Origin: Nemertoderma westbladi
Taxonomy: Eukaryota > Animalia > Xenacoelomorpha
Length of the DNA stretch: 64,000 nt
Reading direction: 5' to 3'
Assembly (NCBI GenBank): GCA_032718475.1
Contig: JAUCBJ010001037.1
Span: 1 to 64,000, forward strand
This document shows positions 52,401 to 64,000 of the stretch, one piece after another. The position numbers and the translations under genes were made by a program. The notes under the pieces were generated by a model that was given only the letters and a program-made list of their open reading frames with translations, ran no database searches and was not told the origin of the DNA. How positions within the stretch are numbered: the stretch's first letter is position 1; every line of letters starts with the position of its first letter.

Positions 52401-55400
52401 CCGATTATAGGAGGTTAGTTAGTTAGTATGTTAGATCGGGTCTCCGATTATAGGAGGTTAGTTAGTTAGTATGTTAGATCGGGTCTCCGATTATAGGAGG
52501 TTAGTTAGTTAGTATGTTAGATCGGGTCTCCTCTATAGGAGGTTAGTTAGTTAGTATGTTAGATCGGGTCTCCGATTATAGGAGGTTAGTTAGTTAGTAT
52601 GTTAGATCGGGACTCCGATTATAGGAGGTTAGTTAGTATGTTAGATCGGGTCTCCGATTATAGGAGGTTAGTTAGTTAGTATGTTAGATAGGGTCTCCTC
52701 TATAGGAGGTTAGTTAGTTAGTATGTTAGATCGGGTCTCCGATTATAGGAGGTTAGTTAGTATGTTAGATCGGGTCTCCGACTATAGGAGGTTAGTTAGT
52801 TAGTATGTTAGATCGGGTCTCCGACTATAGGAGGTTAGTTAGTTAGTATGTTAGATCGGGTCTCCGACTATAGGAGGTTAGTTAGTTAGTATGTTAGATC
52901 GGGTCTCAGACTATAGGAGGTTAGTTAGTTAGTATGTTAGATCGGGTCTCCGATTATAGGAGGTTAGTTAGTATGTTAGATCGGGTCTCCGAATATAGGA
53001 GGTTAGTTAGTATGTTAGATCGGGTCTCCGATTATAGAAGGTTAGTTAGTTAGTATGTTAGATCGGGTCTCCGTTTATAGGAGGTTGGTTAGTTAGTATG
53101 TTAGATCGGGTCTCCGACTATAGGAGGTTAGTTAGTTCTTAGTTAGTATGTTAGATCGGGTCTCCGATTATAGGAGGTTAGTTAGTTAGTATGTTAGATC
53201 GGGTCTCCGACTATAGGAGGTTAGTTAGTTAGTATGTTAGATCGGGTCTCCGATTATAGGAGGTTAGTTAGTTAGTATGTTAGATCGGGTCTCCGATTAT
53301 AGGAGGTTAGTTAGTTAGTATGTTAGATCGGGTCTCCGATTATAGGAGGTTAGTTAGTATGTTAGATCGGGTCTCCGATTATAGGAGGTTAGTTAGTTAG
53401 TATGTTAGATAGGGTCTCCTCTATAGGAGGTTAGTTAGTTAGTATGTTAGATCGGGTCTCCGATTATAGGAGGTTAGTTAGTTAGTATGTTAGATCGGGT
53501 CTCCGATTATAGGAGGTTAGTTAGTATGTTAGATCGGGTCTCCGACTATAGGAGGTTAATTAGTTAGTATGTTAGATCGGGTCTCCGACTATAGGAGGTT
53601 AGTTAGTTAGTATGTTAGATCGGGTCTCCGACTATAGGAGGTTAGTTAGTTAGTATGTTAGATCGGGTCTCCGACTATAGGAGGTTAGTTAGTTAGTATG
53701 TTAGATCAGGTCTCCGACTATAGGAGGTTAGTTAGTTAGTTAGTATGTTAGATCGGGTCTCCGATTATAGGAGGTTAGTTAGTTAGTATGTTAGATCGGG
53801 TCTCCGATTATAGGAGGTTAGTTAGTTAGTATGTTAGATCGGGTCTCCGATTATAGGAGGTTAGTTAGTTAGTATGTTAGATCGGGTCTCCGACTATAGG
53901 AGGTTAGTTAGTTAGTATGTTAGATCGGGTCTCCGATTATAGGAGGTTAGTTAGTTAGTATGTTAGATCGGGTTTCCGATTATAGGAGGTTAGTTAGTTA
54001 GTATGTTAGATCGGGTCTCCGATTATAGGAGGTTAGTTAGTTAGTATGTTAGATCGGGTCTCCGATTATAGGAGGTTAGTTAGTCAGTATGTTAGATCGG
54101 GTCTCCGATTATAGGAGGTTAGTTAGTTAGTATGTTAGATCGGGTCTCCGATTATAGGAGGTTAGTTAGTTAGTATGTTAGATCGGGTCTCCGACTATAG
54201 GAGGTTAGTTAGTTAGTATGTTAGATCGGGTCTCCTCTATAGGAGGTTAGTTAGTTAGTTAGTGCTAAGAGAGAATAGTTATATAATAAAATCAGCTTTT
54301 AGCGACTATCAGTGCATAATACAGCCTGCAACTTATCCCGTGAATGAAATCCGTGCAGGCAGGCCATCAGGTGGATTATGTTATATTTTTCGAAATAAAT
54401 TATCTAAATACATTTCTAGAATAAATGTGAAGAATACGCGTTTACAAGCAATACGTTTACATTTACCAAATGATAAACCATTGGTTATTATCAATTCTTA
54501 TTTTCCGGTTGACTCGCGTGATAATAATATCAGCGACGATTTACTTACGACAATAAACGATATTAAAGATATTATTTTATCAGTTAATCAGTGCAATATT
54601 CTGCTCACAGGGGATTTTAATGCTGACTTCTGCCGCACTACGATGCACTGTAGTTTAATTAATCAAATGATACAAGAATTTCAATTCGATCGCCTTTGGG
54701 ATTCTTACCCAGTTGACTATACATATACATGTTTTAGAGAGAATTCAGCATTTCATTCAACGTTGGATCATTTTTTCAGTAATTCACAATTTTGTGAAAA
54801 TATTTTTGATTCAGGTGTTATTCATACTGGTGTCAATTTGTCATTTCATTCCCCAATTTTTCTTAAGTTTAAAGTAAATGTTTCAAATGTGCAATGCGAT
54901 AGCAATGATAATGATAATGGTAGTAATATAGGTGAAGGTAATGTAAAATATAAACGTTCCACTAATGATCAGCAACGTGAATTTATTAACCAATTAACTA
55001 TCAGATTGAATTCATTAGCAGAACCGCTGCCTATGTGTACTCAGTGTAATAATATTTTTTGTAATGTTCCAGAACATTTGTTATCTACTGAGAAATATGC
55101 CTTAGATATATTGGAAGCTATTGACCAGTGTAGCAGTAATATTTTACATCGTAGTAATGGAAGTAGGGGATCCCCCTTTAATCATCCTATTATCCCCGGG
55201 TGGTCTGAACGGGTGAAACCGTTCAGAGATGATGCTATGTTTTGGCATTCCTTGTGGGTCTCGGCGGGTTGCCCTAATGTATCACAAAATAGCCACTTAT
55301 ATCATATGCGAAGGGTCTCTCGCGCTCAGTATAAATATGCTGTTCGCCGGGTGAAACGCTCAGCTGATAATGTGCGAAGGGATAAATTAATTGAGGCCTG

Positions 55401-58400
55401 CTTGTTGAATAATACTGACATCTTTAAGGAAATAAGGAATCTCCGTTTCTCATCGAATAATGTTAGTTCATCGATCGATGGTTGTACAGACCCGCAGTCT
55501 ATCGCCGATCGATTTGCGGGAATCTATTCATCTTTGTATAATCAGCCATACAATTCAGATTTAGAAGCATTGAAGGCACTAATTGATGCCAAGTTGGTAA
55601 ATTGTACTCTGGACGATGTTCCTCGGGTTTCTCCGGATTTAGTTGCTGAGGGTCTCCACAGACTAAAAAGTTCTAAAACAGATGTGACTTTTGGCTTTGA
55701 TTCTGACTGTCTAATCCATGGTCCTCCTGAACTTTGTTTTCATCTCAGTAATCTATTTAATTCCTTTTTGACTCACGGATTCGTTCCGCAATTTCTTTTG
55801 AATTGTGTTATCATTCCATTGATCAAGGATAAGTTGGGCGATGATACAGTATCCGGTAATTATAGGGCCATCGCTTTGTCGTCTCTCCTGATTAAATTGT
55901 TTGAATGGGTGATGCTACTCGCACAGGCTGATTGTTTAAAATTAGATGAGTTACAGTTTGGGTTTCAACGGGGATCTAGTACCACTCAGTGTACTTGGGC
56001 TGCAACTGAGGTAATTAGTTTCTATTCCAGAAATGCAACTCCAGTGTTTGGCTGTTTGCTTGATCTTTCTAAAGCATTTGATATGGTGGAATGGTGCAAG
56101 CTGTTCCTTGAGCTCTTAAAGAAGGGGTTTTCTCCGTTTTACATCCGGTCTCTGTTATTTATCTACAATAATCAATCTTGTGTAGTGCGATGGAATAATA
56201 CGCATTCTGAGTCTTTTACATCGTCCAATGGGGTACGCCAAGGGTCTGTTGCCTCGCCAATCTTATTCTGTATCTTACTTGATAAGCTGTTTAGGAAATT
56301 AAGAAATTCCAAAGTAGGTTGCTTCGTGGGGTCTGTATATTTTGGGGCGGTTGGTTATGCCGATGACCTATTTTTGCTATGTCCGTCCATCGTAGGCCTT
56401 CAGCATATGGTTAAATTGTGCGAAGAGTTTGCACCGGAAAACAAGTTAATATTCAGCACGAATCCGAATCCGGACAAGTCCAAGTCAAAGTGTATAGCTT
56501 TCGGGCGGGTCTGGGTTAAGCCTTTAGCGACAATTAAGTTGAACGGTTCGCCTCTTCCATGGGTTAAGGAGGCGCTGCATCTCGGTAACCTTCTTGACTT
56601 TAAAAACTCAATGGAATCTGATATCGTGCGTAAACGAGGGCAGTTTATAGGCAAATTGAATGCCTTAAGGCAGGAACTATATTTTTCGGACCCGTTTGTG
56701 CTTTGCAATGTACAACGTAGTTATTGCACTAGTTTCTACGGTAGTAACCTGTGGAACCTTCTTTCGCCAACATGTATAAGAATTTTTAGCACCTGGAATG
56801 TAAATGTTAGAATGATTTTTGGATTACCATTTAATTCTCATCGATATATTGTTGAAAACCTAGTGCAGTTTAAACACCCGTGTATTATGCTTTACTCTCG
56901 CTTCGTTTCATTTTGTTTATCATTACGTAGGTCTAACAAAATGTGCATTCGTTTTCTTGCTAATATATGTTTAGTTGATTGTCGTACCCGGTCTGGGAGA
57001 AATTTACGAGAAATAGGAAACATGTGTAACATATTTAATCTTGAAATGCTGACATCTCGTGCGGTATCTAATCTTACTTATGTACCGTTACTGAACGCAG
57101 ATAAGTGGCGAGTTAATTTTTGTAGGGAAATTATTTGGTGCCTAAACAACGGAGGTATTGTAGATGGCTTTACCCGCCAGGAATTGAGTAATATTTTAAA
57201 TAGTGTATCCTCATCATAATTAATTACCTTCTTAGATCTGCAGTACTTAGACATATCATATTATTTTATAATAGTGCTTGTATTATTAACCTATTGTGCT
57301 TTGTGTACCCATCTGTATATTTGGTGTACGAAATTAAATTAAATTAAAAATTAAATTATGTTAGATCGGGTCTCCGATTATAGGAGGTTAGTTAGTTAGT
57401 ATGTTAGATCGGGTCTCCGATTATAAGAGGTTAGTTAGTTAGTATGTTAGATCGGGTCTCCGATTATAGGAGGTTAGTTAGTTAGTATGTTAGATCGGGT
57501 CTCCTCTATAGGAGGTTAGTTAGTTAGTTAGTATGTTAGATCGGGTCTCCGATTATAGGAGGTTAGTTAGTTAGTATGTTAGATCGGGTCTCCGATTATA
57601 GGAGGTTAGTTAGTTAGTATGTTAGATCGGGTCTCCGATTATAGGAGGTTAGTTAGTTAGTATGTTAGATCGGGTCTCCGACTATAGGAGGTTAGTTAGT
57701 TAGTTAGTTAGTATGTTAGATCGGGTCTCCGATTATAGGAGGTTAGTTAGTTAGTATGTTAGATCGGGTTTCCGATTATAGGAGGTTAGTTAGTTAGTAT
57801 GTTAGATCGGGTCTCCGATTATAGGAGGTTAGTTAGTTAGTATGTTAGATCGGGTCTCCGATTATAGGAGGTTAGTTAGTTAGTATGTTAGATCGGGTCT
57901 CCGATTATAGGAGGTTAGTTAGTTAGTATGTTAGATCGGGTCTCCGATTATAGGAGGTTAGTTAGTTAGTATGTTAGATCGGGTCTCCTCTATAGGAGGT
58001 TAGTTAGTTAGTATGTTAGATCGGGTCTCCGATTATAGGAGGTTAGTTAGTTAGTATGTTAGATCGGGTCTCCGATTATAGGAGGTTAGTTAGTTAGTAT
58101 GTTAGATCGGGTCTCCGACTATAGGAGGTTAGTTAGTTAGTATGTTAGATCGGGTCTCCGACTATAGGAGGTTAGTTAGTTAGTATGTTAGATCGGGTCT
58201 CCGACTATAGGAGGTTAGTTAGTTAGTATGTTAGATCAGGTCTCCGACTATAGGAGGTTAGTTAGTTAGTATGTTAGATCGGGTCTCCGATTATAGGAGG
58301 TTAGTTAGTTAGTATGTTAGATCGGGTCTCCTCTATAGGAGGTTAGTTAGTTAGTTAGTATGTTAGATCGGGTCTCCGATTATAGGAGGTAGTTAGTTAG

Positions 58401-61400
58401 TATGTTAGATCGGGTCTCCGATTATAGGAGGTTAGTTAGTTAGTATGTTAGATCGGGTCTCCGATTATAGGAGGTTAGTTAGTTAGTATTTTAGATCGGG
58501 TCTCCGACTATAGGAGGTTAATTAGTTAGTATGTTAGATCGGGTCTCCGATTATAGGAGGTTAGTTAGTTAGTATGTTAGATCGGGTCTCCGATTATAGG
58601 AGGTTAGTTAGTTAGTATGTTAGATCGGGTCTCCGACTATAGGAGGTTAGTTAGTTAGTATGTTAGATCGGGTCTCCTCTATAGGAGGTTAGTTAGTTAG
58701 TATGTTAGATCGGGTCTCCGATTATAGGAGGTTAGTTAGTTAGTATGTTAGATCGGGTCTCCGATTATAGGAGGTTAGTTAGTTAGTATGTTAGATCGGG
58801 TCTCCGACTATAGGAGGTTAGTTAGTTAGTATGTTAGATCGGGTCTCCTCTATAGGAGGTTAGTTAGTTAGTATGTTAGATCGGGTCTCCGATTATAGGA
58901 GGTTAGTTAGTTAGTATGTTAGATCGGGTCTCCGATTATAGGAGGTTAGTTAGTTAGTATGTTAGATCGGGTCTCCGATTATAGGAGGTTAGTTAGTTAG
59001 TATGTTAGATCGGGTCTCCGATTATAGGAGGTTAGTTAGTTAGTATGTTAGATCGGGACTCCGATTATAGGAGGTTAGTTAGTATGTTAGATCGGGTCTC
59101 CGATTATAGGAGGTTAGTTAGTTAGTTAGTATGTTAGATAGGGTCTCCTCTATAGAAGGTTAGTTAGTTAGTATGTTAGATCGGGTCTCCGATTATAGGA
59201 GGTTAGTTAGTATGTTAGATCGGGTCTCCGACTATAGGAGGTTAGTTAGTTAGTATGTTAGATCGGGTCTCCGACTATAGGAGGTTAGTTAGTTAGTATG
59301 TTAGATCGGGTCTCCGACTATAGGAGGTTAGTTAGTTAGTATGTTAGATCGGGTCTCCGACTATAGGAGGTTAGTTAGTATGTTAGATCGGGTCTCCGAC
59401 TATAGGAGGTTAGTTAGTTAGTATGTTAGATCGGGTCTCCGATTATAGGAGGTTAGTTAGTTAGTATGTTAGATCGGGTCTCCGATTATAGGAGGTTAGT
59501 TAGTATGTTAGATCGGGTCTCCGAATATAGGAGGTTAGTTAGTATGTTAGATCGGGTCTCCGATTATAGAAGGTTAGTTAGTTAGTATGTTAGATCGGGT
59601 CTCCGATTATAGGAGGTTGGTTAGTTAGTATGTTAGATCGGGTCTCCGACTATAGGAGGTTAGTTAGTTCTTAGTTAGTATGTTAGATCGGGTCTCCGAT
59701 TATAGGAGGTTAGTTAGTTAGTATGTTAGATCGGGTCTCCGACTATAGGAGGTTAGTTAGTTAGTATGTTAGATCGGGTCTCCGATTATAGGAGGTTAGT
59801 TAGTTAGTATGTTAGATCGGGTCTCCGATTATAGGAGGTTAGTTAGTTAGTATGTTAGATCGGGTCTCCGATTATAGGAGGTTAGTTAGTATGTTAGATC
59901 GGGTCTCCGATTATAGGAGGTTAGTTAGTTAGTATGTTAGATAGGGTCTCCTCTATAGGAGGTTAGTTAGTTAGTATGTTAGATCGGGTCTCCGATTATA
60001 GGAGGTTAGTTAGTTAGTATGTTAGATCGGGTCTCCGATTATAGGAGGTTAGTTAGTATGTTAGATCGGGTCTCCGACTATAGGAGGTTAATTAGTTAGT
60101 ATGTTAGATCGGGTCTCCGACTATAGGAGGTTAGTTAGTTAGTATGTTAGATCGGGTCTCCGACTATAGGAGGTTAGTTAGTTAGTATGTTAGATCGGGT
60201 CTCCGACTATAGGAGGTTAGTTAGTTAGTATGTTAGATCAGGTCTCCGACTATAGGAGGTTAATTTGTTAGTATGTTAGATCGGGTCTCCGATTATAGGA
60301 GGTTAGTTAGTTAGTATGTTAGATCGGGTCTCCTCTATAGGAGGTTAGTTAGTTAGTATGTTAGATCGGGTCTCCGATTATAGGAGGTTAGTTAGTTAGT
60401 ATGTTAGATCGGGTCTCCGATTATAGGAGGTTAGTTAGTTAGTATGTTAGATCGGGTCTCCGACTATAGGAGGTTAGTTAGTTAGTATGTTAGATCGGGT
60501 CTCCGACTATAGGAGGTTAGTTAGTTAGTATGTTAGATCGGGTCTCCGACTATAGGAGGTTAGTTAGTTAGTATGTTAGATCAGGTCTCCGACTATAGGA
60601 GGTTAGTTAGTTAGTATGTTAGATCGGGTCTCCGATTATAGGAGGTTAGTTAGTTAGTATGTTAGATCGGGTCTCCTCTATAGGAGGTTAGTTAGTTAGT
60701 TAGTATGTTAGATCGGGTCTCCGATTATAGGAGGTTAGTTAGTTAGTATGTTAGATCGGGTCTCCGATTATAGGAGGTTAGTTAGTTAGTATGTTAGATC
60801 GGGTCTCCGATTATAGGAGGTTAGTTAGTTAGTATGTTAGATCGGGTCTCCGACTATAGGAGGTTAGTTAGTTAGTATGTTAGATCGGGTCTCCGATTAT
60901 AGGAGGTTAGTTAGTTAGTATGTTAGATCGGGTTTCCGATTATAGGAGGTTAGTTAGTTAGTATGTTAGATCGGGTCTCCGATTATAGGAGGTTAGTTAG
61001 TTAGTATGTTAGATCGGGTCTCCGATTATAGGAGGTTAGTTAGTCAGTATGTTAGATCGGGTCTCCGATTATAGGAGGTTAGTTAGTTAGTATGTTAGAT
61101 CGGGTCTCCGATTATAGGAGGTTAGTTAGTTAGTATGTTAGATCGGGTCTCCGACTATAGGAGGTTAGTTAGTTAGTATGTTAGATCGGGTCTCCGATTA
61201 TAGGAGGTTAGTTAGTTAGTATGTTAGATCGGGTCTCCGATTATAAGAGGTTAGTTAGTTAGTATGTTAGATCGGGTCTCCGATTATAGGAGGTTAGTTA
61301 GTTAGTATGTTAGATCGGGTCTCCTCTATAGGAGGTTAGTTAGTTAGTTAGTATGTTAGATCGGGTCTCCGATTATAGGAGGTTAGTTAGTTAGTATGTT

Positions 61401-64000
61401 AGATCGGGTCTCCGATTATAGGAGGTTAGTTAGTTAGTATGTTAGATCGGGTCTCCGATTATAGGAGGTTAGTTAGTTAGTATGTTAGATCGGGTCTCCG
61501 ACTATAGGAGGTTAGTTAGTTAGTTAGTTAGTATGTTAGATCGGGTCTCCGATTATAGGAGGTTAGTTAGTTAGTATGTTAGATCGGGTTTCCGATTATA
61601 GGAGGTTAGTTAGTTAGTATGTTAGATCGGGTCTCCGATTATAGGAGGTTAGTTAGTTAGTATGTTAGATCGGGTCTCCGATTATAGGAGGTTAGTTAGT
61701 TAGTATGTTAGATCGGGTCTCCGATTATATGAGGTTAGTTAGTTAGTATGTTAGATCGGGTCTCCGATTATAGGAGGTTAGTTAGTTAGTATGTTAGATC
61801 GGGTCTCCTCTATAGGAGGTTAGTTAGTTAGTATGTTAGATCGGGTCTCCGATTATAGGAGGTTAGTTAGTTAGTATGTTAGATCGGGTCTCCGATTATA
61901 GGAGGTTAGTTAGTTAGTATGTTAGATCGGGTCTCCGACTATAGGAGGTTAGTTAGTTAGTATGTTAGATCGGGTCTCCGACTATAGGAGGTTAGTTAGT
62001 TAGTATGTTAGATCGGGTCTCCGACTATAGGAGGTTAGTTAGTTAGTATGTTAGATCAGGTCTCCGACTATAGGAGGTTAGTTAGTTAGTATGTTAGATC
62101 GGGTCTCCGATTATAGGAGGTTAGTTAGTTAGTATGTTAGATCGGGTCTCCTCTATAGGAGGTTAGTTAGTTAGTTAGTATGTTAGATCGGGTCTCCGAT
62201 TATAGGAGGTAGTTAGTTAGTATGTTAGATCGGGTCTCCGATTATAGGAGGTTAGTTAGTTAGTATGTTAGATCGGGTCTCCGATTATAGGAGGTTAGTT
62301 AGTTAGTATGTTAGATCGGGTCTCCGACTATAGGAGGTTAATTAGTTAGTATGTTAGATCGGGTCTCCGATTATAGGAGGTTAGTTAGTTAGTATGTTAG
62401 ATCGGGTTTCCGATTATAGGAGGTTAGTTAGTTAGTATGTTAGATCGGGTCTCCGATTATAGGAGGTTAGTTAGTTAGTATGTTAGATCGGGTCTCCGAT
62501 TATAGGAGGTTAGTTAGTTAGTATGTTAGATCGGGTCTCCGATTATAGGAGGTTAGTTAGTTAGTATGTTAGATCGGGTCTCCGATTATAGGAGGTTAGT
62601 TAGTTAGTATGTTAGATCGGGTCTCCGACTATAGGAGGTTAGTTAGTTAGTATGTTAGATCGGGTCTCCTCTATAGGAGGTTAGTTAGTTAGTATGTTAG
62701 ATCGGGTCTCCGATTATAGGAGGTTAGTTAGTTAGTATGTTAGATCGGGTCTCCGATTATAGGAGGTTAGTTAGTTAGTATGTTAGATCGGGTCTCCGAT
62801 TATAGGAGGTTAGTTAGTTAGTATGTTAGATCGGGTCTCCTCTATAGGAGGTTAGTTAGTTAGTTAGTATGTTAGATCGGGTCTCCGATTATAGGAGGTT
62901 AGTTAGTTAGTATGTTAGATCGGGTCTCCGATTATAGGAGGTTAGTTAGTTAGTATGTTAGATCGGGTCTCCGATTATAGGAGGTTAGTTAGTTAGTATG
63001 TTAGATCGGGTCTCCGACTATAGGAGGTTAGTTAGTTAGTTAGTATGTTAGATCGGGTCTCCGATTATAGGAGGTTAGTTAGTTAGTATGTTAGATCGGG
63101 TTTCCGATTATAGGAGGTTAGTTAGTTAGTATGTTAGATCGGGTCTCCGATTATAGGAGGTTAGTTAGTTAGTATGTTAGATCGGGTCTCCGATTATAGG
63201 AGGTTAGTTAGTTAGTATGTTAGATCGGGTCTCCGATTATAGGAGGTTAGTTAGTTAGTATGTTAGATCGGGTCTCCGATTATAGGAGGTTAGTTAGTTA
63301 GTATGTTAGATCGGGTCTCCTCTATAGGAGGTTAGTTAGTTAGTATGTTAGATCGGGTCTCCGATTATAGGAGGTTAGTTAGTTAGTATGTTAGATCGGG
63401 TCTCCGATTATAGGAGGTTAGTTAGTTAGTATGTTAGATCGGGTCTCCGACTATAGGAGGTTAGTTAGTTAGTATGTTAGATCGGGTCTCCGACTATAGG
63501 AGGTTAGTTAGTTAGTATGTTAGATCGGGTCTCCGACTATAGGAGGTTAGTTAGTTAGTATGTTAGATCAGGTCTCCGACTATAGGAGGTTAGTTAGTTA
63601 GTATGTTAGATCGGGTCTCCGATTATAGGAGGTTAGTTAGTTAGTATGTTAGATCGGGTCTCCTCTATAGGAGGTTAGTTAGTTAGTTAGTATGTTAGAT
63701 CGGGTCTCCGATTATAGGAGGTAGTTAGTTAGTATGTTAGATCGGGTCTCCGATTATAGGAGGTTAGTTAGTTAGTATGTTAGATCGGGTCTCCGATTAT
63801 AGGAGGTTAGTTAGTTAGTATGTTAGATCGGGTCTCCGACTATAGGAGGTTAATTAGTTAGTATGTTAGATCGGGTCTCCGATTATAGGAGGTTAGTTAG
63901 TTAGTATGTTAGATCGGGTCTCCGATTATAGGAGGTTAGTTAGTTAGTATGTTAGATCGGGTCTCCGATTATAGGAGGTTAGTTAGTTAGTATGTTAGAT
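43409..64000 (+). repeat. 43-bp satellite (GATCGGGTCTCCGATTATAGGAG|GTTAGTTAGTTAGTATGTTA; 39/47/51-bp variants by GTTA number), about 410 units in the window, filling a POP1 intron
   Basis: First unit overlaps the last 23 nt of exon 43298-43431; runs to the window end; interrupted by LINE 54264-57357. Confidence 0.98.
54264..57357 (+). mobile_element. 5'-truncated non-LTR retrotransposon (APE + RT, uninterrupted ORF to 57219), (AAATT)n tail; clade uncertain (RTEX/Proto2-like)
   Basis: GRPSGG, INSYFP, LTGDFNA, LDHF; NYRAI, LQFGF, LLDLSKAFD, GVRQGSVASPILF, YADD; tail 57331-57357; no clear TSD. Confidence 0.92.

Noticed and set aside
43409-64000. Telomeric or subtelomeric repeat (TTAG-rich), or telomere-targeting LINE
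   Set aside because: GTTA tetramers are not TTAGG or TTAGGG, and the unit derives from the POP1 exon-intron junction

Overview
This is AT-rich animal (probably invertebrate) genomic DNA; about 55% of it is tandem repeat. Host genes: the 5' part of POP1 (RNase P/MRP subunit; six proposed exons at 39872-43431, + strand, continuing past the window end), an intronless TNF-superfamily ligand (33788-34696, +), a disrupted TRAF MATH-domain gene (about 1660-2175, +) and a tentative unidentified minus-strand spliced gene (candidate exons 33348-33408 and 8689-8773). Mobile elements: an intact young Ty3/Gypsy element with identical-looking 203-bp LTRs, two copies of one RTE-type LINE, a 5'-truncated APE+RT LINE, a 3' fragment of a CRE-like RLE retrotransposon, L2/CR1 remnants and Kolobok-like non-autonomous elements. 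The main observation is that all three large tandem arrays (27, 38 and 43 bp units, unrelated in sequence) carry a 5' splice site in their unit. The 38- and 43-bp units are tandem copies of the POP1 exon end plus the first intron bases. The 27-bp unit carries the GTGAGTACGGAT donor of a candidate minus-strand exon. Apparently tiny introns have thus grown to about 1 kb, over 20 kb and about 24.6 kb, holding tens to hundreds of decoy donors, and young retrotransposons sit inside them in the host-sense orientation. The very long ORFs in the ORF track come from the 27-bp repeat and are not treated as genes.
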